Source of the DNA: an uncultured delta proteobacterium
GTDB lineage: Bacteria > Myxococcota_A > Polyangia > Fen-1088
NCBI GenBank assembly: GCA_963755125.1
Contig: CAVWIP010000008.1
Location: forward strand, 160,001 to 224,000
Reading direction: 5' to 3'
DNA length: 64,000 bases
Shown: piece after piece, positions 9,935 through 21,264 of the stretch
Numbering within the stretch: the stretch's first letter is position 1
Layout: each line of letters begins with the position of its first letter
Program-made: the position numbers and the translations under genes
Notes under the pieces: generated by a model
The model's database searches: none
What the model was told of the DNA's origin: nothing
What the model saw: the letters and a program-made list of their open reading frames with translations, nothing else

Positions 9935-10909
9935 ATGGAAAAAAACTCGCGCATCTATGTCGCCGGCAACCGCGGCCTGGTCGGCTCGGCCATCGAGCGC
10001 CGCCTGCGCCGTGAGTATGACAATGTCATCACCAGCGACATCGCGGACTTCGACCTCACCGATGCCCACGCCACCGATACCTTCTTCGCGCGCACGCAGC
10101 CGGAGTATGTTTTTCTCGCGGCGGCCAAGGTCGGCGGCATCAAGGCCAACGACACCTTTCCCGCCGATTTCATCCGCATCAACCTGCAGATCCAGACCAA
10201 CCTGATCGACGCGGTTTTTCGCCACAAGGTGCGCAAGCTGCTTTTCCTGGGCAGTTCCTGCATCTACCCCAAGCTGGCGCCGCAGCCTCTGAAAGAGGAG
10301 TGCCTGCTCACCGGCAAGCTGGAGCCCACCAACGATGCCTACGCCATCGCCAAGATCGCCGGCATCCTGATGTGCAAGAGCTACAACCGCCAGCACGGCA
10401 CCAATTTCATCGCCGCCATGCCCACCAACCTTTATGGCCCGGGCGACAACTTCAACCTGCAAACCAGCCACGTACTGCCGGCCTGGATTCGCAAGTTCCA
10501 CGAGGCCAAGGTGGCGGGCCAGGGCAGCGTGGAGTTGTGGGGCACCGGCAAGGTACGGCGCGAACTGCTCTACGTGGAGGACCTGGCGGACGCGCTGGTG
10601 TTCCTGATGAACCACTTCGACGCTGGGCGCGAGCGCGAAGACGAGAAGATGTTCGTCAACGTGGGGCTGGGCGAAGACATCGTGCTGCGCGATCTGGCTG
10701 AGCTGGTGCGCGGTATCGTGGGCTATTCGGGCGGCGTTGTCTGGAACGAGGCGATGCCTGACGGAACGCCTCGCAAGCTGCTCGACGTGGGCCGGCTGCA
10801 CGCCCTGGGTTGGAAGGCGCAACACACCCTGGAGGCAGGCATCCGAAAAACCTACGCCTGGTATCTGGAGAACGTCGCGACCAAACCGGAAATGAGATCG
10901 CGCACGTAG
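9935..10909 (+). CDS. fcl: GDP-L-fucose synthase
   Basis: GNRGLVG, AAAKVGGI, LGSSCIYP, YAIAK, PTNLYGPGDNF, PDGTPRK. Confidence 0.95.
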   Translation: MEKNSRIYVAGNRGLVGSAIERRLRREYDNVITSDIADFDLTDAHATDTFFARTQPEYVFLAAAKVGGIKANDTFPADFIRINLQIQTNLIDAVFRHKVRKLLFLGSSCIYPKLAPQPLKEECLLTGKLEPTNDAYAIAKIAGILMCKSYNRQHGTNFIAAMPTNLYGPGDNFNLQTSHVLPAWIRKFHEAKVAGQGSVELWGTGKVRRELLYVEDLADALVFLMNHFDAGREREDEKMFVNVGLGEDIVLRDLAELVRGIVGYSGGVVWNEAMPDGTPRKLLDVGRLHALGWKAQHTLEAGIRKTYAWYLENVATKPEMRSRT

Positions 10910-11014
10910 CACGCCACCGCCGGTCGCGAGACTCGATTCTACTGTCGACTCTCGTTGACTGTGTGCCGTGCGTACCGTAGGTACTTGGTAGGCACCAGCC
11001 CCGACGAGACACCG

Positions 11015-11860
11015 ATGTTCAAGATCGTCAAACGAGAGCAGTTTTCCCCTGTCACTTACCTCTGGAAATTGGAGGCGCCTGACATCGCCAAGGCGGCGCA
11101 GCCCGGCCACTTCGTGATCGTCCGTCACGGGGATGGCGGCGAGCGCGTTCCCCTGACCATCGCCGATTTCGATCGCCAGGCCGGAACCATCACCCTGGTC
11201 ATCCAGGCCGTGGGCAAGACGACCACGGCGCTCATGGGTCTGAAGGAAGGCGAGTACCTCGACGATCTCGCGGGTCCGCTTGGTCGCGCGCGTTCCTTCG
11301 ACAAGGTGAAGAAGGTCGTGTGCGTGGGCGGCGGTCTCGGCGTGGCCCCGACCTATCCTCAGTTGCGCCAGTACAAGCAGAACGGCGCCCACACCATCTC
11401 CATCGTCGGCTTCCGGTCCAAGGATCTCATGTTCTGGATCGACCGCTTCAAAGCAGAAAGCGACGAGCTGATCATCGCCACCGACGACGGTTCCTTCGGC
11501 GTGAAGGGCCTGGTCACCGGCCCGCTGCAGGAAGTGCTGGACAGAAATCCAGACCTCGACGAGGTGCTGGCCATCGGGCCCTCCATCATGATGAAGGCCT
11601 GCGTGGCGGTCACCAAACCCCGCGGCGTCAAGACCATCGTCAGTCTCAACCCGGTCATGGTTGACGGCACCGGAATGTGCGGTGGGTGCCGCGTGACCGT
11701 GGGTGGCAAGATGGCCTTTGCCTGCGTGGACGGCCCCGAGTTCGACGGCCTGCAGGTTGACTTCGACGAACTTTTGGCGCGGGCCAAGCGTTTCGACTCG
11801 TTCGAACGCGAGTCGATGCGGCGCCTGCGTGAACAACACCAGTGCCACCTGCCCAAGTAG
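11015..11860 (+). CDS. FAD/[2Fe-2S] subunit of NfnA/SudB type
   Basis: GERVPLT, GPLG, GGGLGVAP, DGTGMCGGCRV...CVDGPEF. Confidence 0.9.
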   Translation: MFKIVKREQFSPVTYLWKLEAPDIAKAAQPGHFVIVRHGDGGERVPLTIADFDRQAGTITLVIQAVGKTTTALMGLKEGEYLDDLAGPLGRARSFDKVKKVVCVGGGLGVAPTYPQLRQYKQNGAHTISIVGFRSKDLMFWIDRFKAESDELIIATDDGSFGVKGLVTGPLQEVLDRNPDLDEVLAIGPSIMMKACVAVTKPRGVKTIVSLNPVMVDGTGMCGGCRVTVGGKMAFACVDGPEFDGLQVDFDELLARAKRFDSFERESMRRLREQHQCHLPK

Positions 11861-11892
11861 TCCAGCCCCCAAGAAACAAGTCAGAGCCCGTA

Positions 11893-13350
11893 ATGGAAGC
11901 ACCAACAAGACCGAAGAAAACCATCAAGACCATCGCCAAGACCAAGACCGCCATGCCGGAACAGGATCCGGCGGTGCGCGCGCGCAACTGGAATGAGGTG
12001 ACGCTGGGCTACACCGAGGACCAGGCGCTTGCCGAGGCGGCCCGATGTATCCAGTGCAAGAATCCCGGTTGCATCGCGGGATGCCCGGTGGCCATCAACA
12101 TTCCGGGTTTCATCCAGGCGATCGAGAACCGCGACTTCCGCAAGGCCTACGACGTCCTGGCCGCTGACAACGTGCTGCCCGCCATCTGCGGCCGCGTCTG
12201 CCCGCAGGAAACGCAATGTGAAGCCGTGTGCATCGTGGGCAACAAGCTGGAACCTGTCGGCATCGGCCGTCTCGAGCGCTTCGTGGGAGACATGGCGCTC
12301 AAGAACGGATGGTCGCTGGCGACTTCGGTCAAGCGGAACGGCCACAAGGCAGCCATGATCGGCAGCGGTCCCGCGTCCATCACCTGCGCCGTGGACCTGG
12401 CACGCGCGGGCGTCGACGTGACCATCTACGAGGCGCTGCACACCGCGGGTGGCGTGCTCAAGTACGGCATCCCGGAATTCCGGCTGCCCAAGAAGCTGAT
12501 TGATCGCGAACTGGAGGCATTGAAAGGCTTGGGGGTCAAAGTGGTGACCAACGCCATCATTGGACGCCTCTTCACCATTCCGCAGCTCATGCAGGAAATG
12601 GGGTACGAAACCGCGTTCATCGGCGTCGGGGCTGGCTACCCGAATCTCATGGGCATTCCGGGCGAAGGGCTCAACGGCATCTTCTCGGCCAACGAGTACC
12701 TGACGCGCGTCAATCTGATGCGCGCCTATCAGCACCCGCAAAGCGACACGCCCACCGGCATGGGCAAAAAGGTGGCGGTGATCGGCGCAGGCAACACCGC
12801 CATGGATGCCTGCCGCGTCTCAATCCGAATGGGCGCCGAAGAAGTCTACTGCGTGTACCGTCGCACCAAGAAGGAAAGCCCGGCGCGCGCCGAGGAAGTC
12901 CACCACGCCGAAGAAGAAGGCGTGAAATTCAACTGGCTCACCGCTCCGGTGCGCATCCTGGGCGATGAGCGCGGCTGGGTTCGGGCCATGGAGTGCATCC
13001 GCATGGAATTGGGCGAGCCGGATGCTTCGGGCCGCGCGCGTCCGGTTCCCGTGAATGGCTCGGAGTTTCTCTTCGAGGTGGACACCATCGTGTACGCCAT
13101 CGGAACCTCGGCCAATCCCATCCTCGCGCAGACCACGCCAGGTCTGAAGCTGAACAAGCGCGGCTACATCGATGTCAGCCCCGACACGCAGATGACCAGC
13201 ATCCCGGGCGTGTTTGCCGGCGGCGACATCGTGACCGGTGGTGCCACGGTCATTCTGGCCATGGGCGCCGGACGCAAAGCTGCACGCGCCATGTTGCAGT
13301 ACATGGGCATCGCAGCGGCTGCCGAGCCCGCGCACCAGACGAAAGGCTAG
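11893..13350 (+). CDS. GltD-like [4Fe-4S] flavoprotein of NfnB/SudA type
   Basis: RCIQC..CIAGCP, CGRVCPQETQCE, GSGPA, YGIPEFRLP, GAGNTAMD, FAGGD; directly follows the NfnA-like gene. Confidence 0.9.
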   Translation: MEAPTRPKKTIKTIAKTKTAMPEQDPAVRARNWNEVTLGYTEDQALAEAARCIQCKNPGCIAGCPVAINIPGFIQAIENRDFRKAYDVLAADNVLPAICGRVCPQETQCEAVCIVGNKLEPVGIGRLERFVGDMALKNGWSLATSVKRNGHKAAMIGSGPASITCAVDLARAGVDVTIYEALHTAGGVLKYGIPEFRLPKKLIDRELEALKGLGVKVVTNAIIGRLFTIPQLMQEMGYETAFIGVGAGYPNLMGIPGEGLNGIFSANEYLTRVNLMRAYQHPQSDTPTGMGKKVAVIGAGNTAMDACRVSIRMGAEEVYCVYRRTKKESPARAEEVHHAEEEGVKFNWLTAPVRILGDERGWVRAMECIRMELGEPDASGRARPVPVNGSEFLFEVDTIVYAIGTSANPILAQTTPGLKLNKRGYIDVSPDTQMTSIPGVFAGGDIVTGGATVILAMGAGRKAARAMLQYMGIAAAAEPAHQTKG

Positions 13351-13488
13351 CCGCGTGGGGAGCCGGCGAGCCTTGCTCGCCGCGTACCGTCGCGGGGGGG
13401 TTGGCGAGGCCGAGCGAAGCGAGCGGGGAGGTGGTGGCGGGTTGGGGGGCCGAAGGGCAAAGCGGACCCTTTGAGGGTCCCCATGTCA
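13347..13488 (+). repeat. Two-hairpin dispersed repeat (REP/MITE-like), copy A
   Basis: CTAGCCGCGTGGGGAGCC, hairpin GGCGAGC-CTT-GCTCGCC, terminal hairpin GGACCCT-TTG-AGGGTCC then CCATGTCA; related sequences near 16002, 42569 and 57033. Confidence 0.75.
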
Positions 13489-13716
13489 ACGCTCGGCGTC
13501 TTTGCTGCCGACGACGGTCAAGTTCAGGCCGACCTGCACACTGAGCGGCTTGCCGTCAACGGCCACGCTGATCTTGCCGTTGAAGAACCAGCCGAATGAG
13601 CCGGTCGAGAACTCCTTCTTGTCGGCCACCAGTTCCTGGCCGTTGATGACCAGCTTGATGGGCTCGGCTTTCTCAATAAAGTGCGTCTTGGAAGTCGGGC
13701 AGGCTGACTTTGCCAT
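13486..13716 (-). CDS. Small hypothetical protein (76 aa)
   Basis: Host-like codon usage; globular beta-rich sequence with KEFSTGSFGW and VQVGLNLTVVGSK. Confidence 0.75.
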   Translation of the reverse strand: MAKSACPTSKTHFIEKAEPIKLVINGQELVADKKEFSTGSFGWFFNGKISVAVDGKPLSVQVGLNLTVVGSKDAER

Positions 13717-13839
13717 GGTGCCGATACCGTAACACAATTCCCGTGCAAGGCCTCTGCCTGCAGGCTTGCGGACACGAAAGCAGCAGGCCTTTCAAAGTGG
13801 TAAAGTTGAATTTGCGATCGCAGCGAAAGTGAGGAAGCA

Positions 13840-14583
13840 ATGAACGCAACAACGATGAAGGTACTCATCGGCGCAATAGCCCTTGCCGCCGTGGCCTGCG
13901 TCACCGAGACGACCGTCTCCCAGCCCTTGTCCGATCCGCAATCCGCCGCTCTTCAGACGCCGGCGGCTGCGCCCTACCCGATCCCGGCCGCCGATCCCAA
14001 GGGCATGGTCTATGTCATGTCTTTCGGTGGGGAGCCAATGCCTACGCCGTCCGGGACGCGGGGCTTCTATCTTCACCTGCGCATCGCAGCCGAGAACCGC
14101 TCTGATGCAGTTGCCTGGACCATCAAGGCCCACGATCAGGCGGTGAGCCTGGGCGCCTCTCCTGTGCAGGCGACCTATGCGCAAAGCTCGAGCGGTGGTC
14201 CGGTGCTCACCGTGGCCCAGGGCCAACATGGCACCTTGGATGTCTTCTATCCCCTGCCGCCCCAGGGCAGTCCGGGACAGACAATCCTGGCCTGGCAGGT
14301 TCACCGCGGCAGCGAACCAGTCACCGGGGTCACGCCGTTCGAACTGGTGCCCAATCAGTCACCCGAATACGTCGACTACCAGCCCGCTGGTGTCGCGGTC
14401 GAAACCTGGCCGGCCTGGTGGTGGGGCGTGGGGTTCTATCCCTGGCTTTGGGGCCCCGGCTGGGGGTACTACCCTTACTGGGGGGTGGGATACCTCCACG
14501 GGGGCGGCTGGCGTGGACCCGCTGCTCCCGCCCGTTCATTCGGTGGCGGCTTCAGGGGTGGCGGACGCGGACATCACCGCTGA
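13840..14583 (+). CDS. Putative lipoprotein with aromatic/Gly-Arg-rich C-terminal tail
   Basis: GAGGA SD, signal peptide ending AAVAC, Trp/Tyr/Gly-rich tail. Confidence 0.75.
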   Translation: MNATTMKVLIGAIALAAVACVTETTVSQPLSDPQSAALQTPAAAPYPIPAADPKGMVYVMSFGGEPMPTPSGTRGFYLHLRIAAENRSDAVAWTIKAHDQAVSLGASPVQATYAQSSSGGPVLTVAQGQHGTLDVFYPLPPQGSPGQTILAWQVHRGSEPVTGVTPFELVPNQSPEYVDYQPAGVAVETWPAWWWGVGFYPWLWGPGWGYYPYWGVGYLHGGGWRGPAAPARSFGGGFRGGGRGHHR

Positions 14584-14736
14584 CGGTGATCGCTCTGGCC
14601 ACGGCCGCGAGCACCCGTTTCGGGGGCTTTCCGCGCGTACTCCGCAGGTGCCCGGGGCGGCCGCGACCTTCTGCCACTATCGCACGATTGTCGGAGAGGG
14701 CTCGCCTTGCGCGGGAGATGGGGGATAATTCCGGCC

Positions 14737-15951
14737 ATGGCGCAAGATCGGCGTAGCCGACGGAGAATCCACGCGACCCGAGCCTCGTCCGCAGCTAGTG
14801 CCCTGCGTGCGTCCAGAGGAAGGCAAGCGCCCACGGTGCAGGATCAGCCGCAGTCCGCACTGAGCGCAGATCTCGAACGGCAAGCCCTGCTCGCCGCCAC
14901 TTCCGAGGGCATGGTCGTACTGGCTGCCGACGGGGCGGTAGCCAGCGCCAACCTCAAGGCCAGATCGATGCTCGGCCTGACCGACGAGGACGTCGGGCAG
15001 TCGGTGCGCGATGTCTTGGCGCGTACCCTTTTCGCCGGAACCGACGGTGTGCCGCTGCCAGTGGAGTGTTGGCCTGGGCTGCGGGCCTTGCGCGGAGAGG
15101 CCGTGCGCAACCTGGACATCGGCATCCATCGCGACGGCCGCACGACGTGGTTGTCGACCAGCGCAGTGCCCATCGTGCTGCCCGGGGGCGCTTGCGGCGG
15201 AGCCGCGGTGACCTTGTCTGACGTCACCTTGCTGCGCACCCTGGAGCAGCACCACGAGCAGATGATCCGCCTGGTGTCGCACGACATCCGCAACCCGCTC
15301 ACCTCGGTTCATCTGAACGCCCAACTTCTGCAAAAAGCGCTAGGCGAGCGGGGCCTGGAGAAGGAGCAGCGCTTTGCCTCGGTCGTGATCGCAGCGGCGC
15401 GGCGTCTGGATGCGATGATCGAAGAACTGGTCGACTCGTCCCGCGTTCGCTCGGGCCAGGTCAGACTTGAGCTGCGCCCGGTCGCGATCGAGCGCCTGGT
15501 GCCCGAGATCCTGGCGCGCAACGCCTGCACCCTTGACACCACCCGGGTCAGGCTTGCACTTCCTGATGGGCCAGTCCTGATCACCGCCGACATCGCTCGT
15601 CTGGAACGCGTGCTCATCAGCCTGCTCCTGATCGCGCTGCAGAATTGCGCAGACGGTGCAGAAGTTGCGTTGCGGGTAGCCCTGGCAGATGACGAGGTTC
15701 GCTTCGCCGTGGTCGTTCCTGGCCGAATCCATGCCGGCGCCGAGCCGCCCAGTCCGCCCAGCAGCCAGCTTGGCCAGATGAAAACCGATCACGGCTACGG
15801 GATGGGACTCTTCGTCGCACGCATGCTGGTGGAACGACATGGCGGCCGGCTTTGGGTTGAGAGTGCGCCCGATCGCCGGGCCACGCTCCACTTCGCGCTT
15901 CCCGTGGGAGGCCCCGAAGGCGAAGACCCTCGGTCGGCCTCGATCGCATAA
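14737..15951 (+). CDS. PAS-domain sensor histidine kinase with degenerate ATPase domain
   Basis: PAS-like segment, H-box SHDIRNPL, G2 box GYGMGLF; N and G1 boxes not canonical; start uncertain. Confidence 0.82.
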   Translation: MAQDRRSRRRIHATRASSAASALRASRGRQAPTVQDQPQSALSADLERQALLAATSEGMVVLAADGAVASANLKARSMLGLTDEDVGQSVRDVLARTLFAGTDGVPLPVECWPGLRALRGEAVRNLDIGIHRDGRTTWLSTSAVPIVLPGGACGGAAVTLSDVTLLRTLEQHHEQMIRLVSHDIRNPLTSVHLNAQLLQKALGERGLEKEQRFASVVIAAARRLDAMIEELVDSSRVRSGQVRLELRPVAIERLVPEILARNACTLDTTRVRLALPDGPVLITADIARLERVLISLLLIALQNCADGAEVALRVALADDEVRFAVVVPGRIHAGAEPPSPPSSQLGQMKTDHGYGMGLFVARMLVERHGGRLWVESAPDRRATLHFALPVGGPEGEDPRSASIA

Positions 15952-16001
15952 GAGCACGGACCGCGATGTCACTTTACATACGGCCGACAAGGCCAGCGGC
16001 G

Positions 16002-16085
16002 CAGGTCGCGTGGGCGCAGGCGAGCTTTGCTTGCCGGAGCCCGTCGCGGGAGGTGCGGAACCCTTCCAGGGTTCTGCAGTGTATC
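16002..16085 (+). repeat. Two-hairpin dispersed repeat, copy B
   Basis: CGCGTGGG..GGCGAGC-TTT-GCTTGCC..CCGTCGCGGG..GAACCCT-TCC-AGGGTTC aligns by eye to copy A. Confidence 0.7.
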
Positions 16086-16123
16086 GTCGGCCTTCGGTGA
16101 ATCGAAGGACTGATGAGGGAATG

Positions 16124-17470
<1,347 letters not shown>

Positions 17471-18037
17471 CTTCTAGATCCCGGCCGAGTATGCCCTCGA
17501 ACAGGCGGAAAGGTGTGGTCAATTCTCTGCGGGGGGACACCAAGACGAGTACCGTGCCTCCTGCGCTTCATTTGAGATGTCCAGATGACCTCATGGGGTG
17601 CAATCAGCGCGTCAAAATGTTCCCATCCCGTGTCACGCGACAGGGGAAGATTACGAACCCGTAACGCCGGTTAGCTCCATCCCGATGATTCTCGCACTCT
17701 CTCCCCCCTTCCGGTGGCACAGCGTTTGAATAGCCTGGGCATGGGTTTGGGAGGGATAGGGGGCGCGCTCGGTGGTGGGGTCTGCGAAGGGGGTACTGTG
17801 TGTCGGTGGGCAGACCGGGGGACCGGATGGGCGGCGTTGGTGGCGTGACAGAGGGAGTGCCGCGGGGGAAATGAGGCGAAAGCTTCAGCATGGTGGCGGA
17901 GTGGCTGACTGGGCCAGTTTCTGGGGGGACAATCTGGATTGCTTGGCAGCGGTCAGCGCTCCGTCACCATGCAGGGGTGGTTCTGAGAACATTCTCTCCA
18001 GATGAATCCACCCTGGCCGCTTCAGCCGCGGCTTACC

Positions 18038-18580
18038 CTATGCCGCGAGTCGTTCGCGTAGCTGCGCCCGCGCTCGGCACATGCGGGTGCGTGCGGCCTG
18101 ACTGGTGATTCCCAGCGAGCGAGCCGCATCTGGAAGAGCCACTTCCTCGAACACGCAAAGCTGGACGACGTCGCGATAGGCACGGGGCAACTGGGCGACG
18201 GCTGCCTGCAGCCGGAAACGGTCCTCCCGGTCCTCCAGCCGAGCCACCGGCGTGGGACTCGGATCCGCCAGGAACCCGACGACATCTCCCTGTCCGGACT
18301 GGTCGTTGGCGGAAACGCGCTCGCTGGCACGTCGCCGCCGGCGTGCCCGCATGAGCGCCGCATTGACCGCCACCCGGTGCAGCCATGTGCTCACCAGGGA
18401 TTTCGCGCGAAACGATCCCGACCCGCGCAAAGCTTGCTCGACCGCGTCGTGGGCGGCGTCCTCGGCCTCGGTCCCATCGCGCAGAATCGAGAGCGCCACA
18501 TGAACCAGCCGCTCGCGCGACTGCCGGCTGGAAAGCTCGACGGATACGGGATTGCTGGTCCGAATGTTGTGGGTGCTCAT
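18038..18580 (-). CDS. ECF RNA polymerase sigma factor
   Basis: Region 2 (AED..., FR.KS.VSTWLHRVAVN) and region 4 (LPRAYRDVV...AARSLGI...RARAQLR). Confidence 0.85.
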   Translation of the reverse strand: MSTHNIRTSNPVSVELSSRQSRERLVHVALSILRDGTEAEDAAHDAVEQALRGSGSFRAKSLVSTWLHRVAVNAALMRARRRRRASERVSANDQSGQGDVVGFLADPSPTPVARLEDREDRFRLQAAVAQLPRAYRDVVQLCVFEEVALPDAARSLGITSQAARTRMCRARAQLRERLAA

Positions 18581-18655
18581 GGCAATTTGGCCTTCTCCGC
18601 GCTCGCTGGTGCGGTCCCAGGATTCACTCCCTGGTCCGTGTCTCGGGTCCGCTCA

Positions 18656-18671
18656 TGCCATCGGCGTGCCA
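18656..18671 (-). promoter_or_regulatory. Putative sigma54 -24/-12 promoter for the ECF sigma gene
   Basis: Minus strand TGGCAC-GCCGA-TGGCA, correct GG-N10-GC spacing, about 75 bp upstream of the ATG. Confidence 0.55.
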
Positions 18672-18861
18672 AGTGTCTTGGAGCGCCCCATGGCGCTCCT
18701 CGCTTGGCTACCGGGTGTTCGCGACTGGTTCGCGCCTCGCGATGACGCGACTTGGCATACGCAAGCCAACGCGTGATTTCTTCCTGCCACGCGCCCAGCG
18801 CCCACTGGATAGAAACGATGGACTGCTCCGAGCGGACTTGCCGCTGCGGCCGCGACGTCGC

Positions 18862-20244
18862 CTACTCGTCGAGCTTGCTTCCCGCGCTACTGCCGGCGGT
18901 CTCGGCGTTGCAGAAGTTCTGTTTCTTGATCATGGGCGGCGGATTGGCACGCTCGCGACGCGCGCGAGCCAGACGATTGACGAACGCCTTGTGGACCCGC
19001 TCGCCGCGTTTCTCCAGCGCGGCCACCATCTGCTTCCAGGCGACGGCGTCGCTTGCCGACGCGGAGTCTTCCGTCGAGGGCGCGGAAGGCTCGGGAGCCA
19101 GCGCCGCCAGTGCCGCCAGGTCTTCCAGCACACCCGGATCGAACTTGGCATCAGCGCACGCGGCAGTCAGCGTCGGGACCAGCACGCTGTCCCGGAACTC
19201 CGCCAGATCGTCGGCGTCGACCTGACACCAGAGCAGGCGCGCGTGCAACTGGGCCAACGCCGTGCCGGTCTCGTTGCGCGGCCCCGTCAGCAAGCGCTTG
19301 AAGACGTCGTTGTAGTCACCCTGGGCCTCGCCGTAGGAACTCAGCATGGCTTGCATCAGCTTGGCCCGGCATTCGGGATCACAGGAACGGCCGAACATGT
19401 AGCCGGCCAGCCAGTGACGTCGCTCGGCGTGGAACTTTTTCAGCATATCTTCCTCGGCCGAGGTCACCATCTCTCCCGTCCGCGCCGTGGCCAGCACCAG
19501 CGCAGCCACCAGATGCGCGCCGGGGGAGAATTCCTCGAAGCGCTCGATGTCCTTCCATTGGCGCCGCTCATAGAGGTTCTGCAGGTAGGTCTCGAACAGC
19601 CACGCCATCTTGGTCGGGTGCGCTTGCACCAAACGCTCCTCGCGCAGCAGTCCCATCGGTCCTTTCTGGATCTCGCCGTTGGCGATGGAGGCTTCCAGCT
19701 CGTCGGCCACGAGCTGCGCGATGGCCTCGGAGCGGTCCGCCAGCTTGTCGTCCTTGCAAATCTCCGCCCGCTTCTCCACCCCGAAGCGCTGCATGCAAGT
19801 CAGCACAAAGGCTTGTTCGAGCTGGGTGTAGTTCTTGCTCGCGGTGCCGGCCAGCACGACACGCATGTAGGTCGGATTGTCGCGGCCCAATTCCAGCGCG
19901 TAGGAAACCGCCAGTTCCGGGTCGAGGATGTTTCCCCTGGTGAGCGAGAGCAGTACGCCGAAGCGCTGGTCTGCGGTTTGCGGTCCCTGTTGCGACAGGA
20001 CCGAGAGGTTCTTGCCGAGAATCTCGGCGCGGGCGATGCGCCAGTCGTTGTCCGCCTTGGTCCGCGCGATGGCTTGCTCGCTGGCTTGCTGGCGCTCGGC
20101 GTTCTGCGCCTGGCGGAACTGCCAGATGGACGTGGCCACCAAGCCAGCCACGCCGATGACGAAGCTGGAAAGGAACCCGTGGTAGTTCTGGATGAACCGC
20201 CCCAGGCGCGAAGTGTTGTCGGGCGCAGCAGGTGTCTCGGCCAT
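18862..20244 (-). CDS. Hypothetical membrane-anchored, mostly helical protein
   Basis: 460-aa ORF with host-like codon bias, one N-terminal TM helix, several Cys; AGGAG upstream. Confidence 0.75.
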   Translation of the reverse strand: MAETPAAPDNTSRLGRFIQNYHGFLSSFVIGVAGLVATSIWQFRQAQNAERQQASEQAIARTKADNDWRIARAEILGKNLSVLSQQGPQTADQRFGVLLSLTRGNILDPELAVSYALELGRDNPTYMRVVLAGTASKNYTQLEQAFVLTCMQRFGVEKRAEICKDDKLADRSEAIAQLVADELEASIANGEIQKGPMGLLREERLVQAHPTKMAWLFETYLQNLYERRQWKDIERFEEFSPGAHLVAALVLATARTGEMVTSAEEDMLKKFHAERRHWLAGYMFGRSCDPECRAKLMQAMLSSYGEAQGDYNDVFKRLLTGPRNETGTALAQLHARLLWCQVDADDLAEFRDSVLVPTLTAACADAKFDPGVLEDLAALAALAPEPSAPSTEDSASASDAVAWKQMVAALEKRGERVHKAFVNRLARARRERANPPPMIKKQNFCNAETAGSSAGSKLDE

Positions 20245-20363
20245 GGCCAGAGCATACTCCTGCTTGGCTTTCGCGGATCCGTGTCGTTTGTCCCATCAGC
20301 CAGATCGCGACCTGGATTTGTGTTACGGTTTTGCCGCCCGCTCGGGGCGCCAAGGAGTCGACC

Positions 20364-21251
20364 ATGCCGGAAGCTGACGTCACCACCAAGAAGGACAAAG
20401 AATTCCACACAGACGTCCCGCAAGAGAGCCGGAGCTTCTTCCTCAAGGGATCGAACGCCCACGACTGGGGCATGAACAACCGCCTGGCCCGCATCTTCAA
20501 CCCGCAATCCGGCAAAACCGTGATGCTGGCCTTTGACCACGGCTACTTTCAAGGCCCCACCACCGGCCTCGAACGCGTCGACGTCACCATCTTGCCGCTG
20601 GCACCGTACGCCGACGCGCTGATGCTGACCCGGGGAATCCTGCGCAGTGTGATTCCGCCTGCCCTGACCAACGCCGTGGTCATGCGCGCCAGCGGCGGCC
20701 CCAGCATCCTCAAGGAACTCTCCAACGAGCAGATCGCTTGCAGCATGGAAGACGCCGTCCGCATGAATGTCTCGGCGGTCGCGGTACAGGTTTTCATCGG
20801 CGGCGAATTCGAAACCCAGTCGGTCGCCAACATGACCAGGCTGGTAGACGAGGGCAATCGCTACGGCATCCCGGTGCTCGCCGTGACCGCGGTGGGGAAG
20901 GACCTGGCGCGCGACGCGAAGTACATGCGCCTGGCCAGCCGAATCTGCGCCGAGCTGGGCGCCGCGTTCGTGAAGACCTACTACGTGCCCGAGGATTTCG
21001 AGACCGTGACCGCGTCGTGCCCGGTGCCCATCGTGATCGCCGGCGGCAAGAAGCTGCCGGAATTGGAGGCGCTGTGCATGGCCCATGATGCCATCTCGCA
21101 AGGCGCAACCGGCGTCGACATGGGCCGCAACATCTTCCAGGCCGAGGCGCCGGTCGCCATGATCCAAGCCGTGCGCAAGGTGGTTCACGAGAACATGAGC
21201 CCGCAGCACGCCTTCGATTTCTACCAGAGCACCAAGAACCAGAAGCGCTAA
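20364..21251 (+). CDS. lsrF: LsrF-family class I aldolase/thiolase
   Basis: [55 protein letters not shown]. Confidence 0.92.
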   Translation: MPEADVTTKKDKEFHTDVPQESRSFFLKGSNAHDWGMNNRLARIFNPQSGKTVMLAFDHGYFQGPTTGLERVDVTILPLAPYADALMLTRGILRSVIPPALTNAVVMRASGGPSILKELSNEQIACSMEDAVRMNVSAVAVQVFIGGEFETQSVANMTRLVDEGNRYGIPVLAVTAVGKDLARDAKYMRLASRICAELGAAFVKTYYVPEDFETVTASCPVPIVIAGGKKLPELEALCMAHDAISQGATGVDMGRNIFQAEAPVAMIQAVRKVVHENMSPQHAFDFYQSTKNQKR

Positions 21252-21264
21252 CGTTCCATCGCGC

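Noticed and set aside
11893..13350. Annotation as true glutamate synthase
   Set aside because: No large subunit nearby; pairing with an NfnA-type gene fits NfnAB/SudAB better
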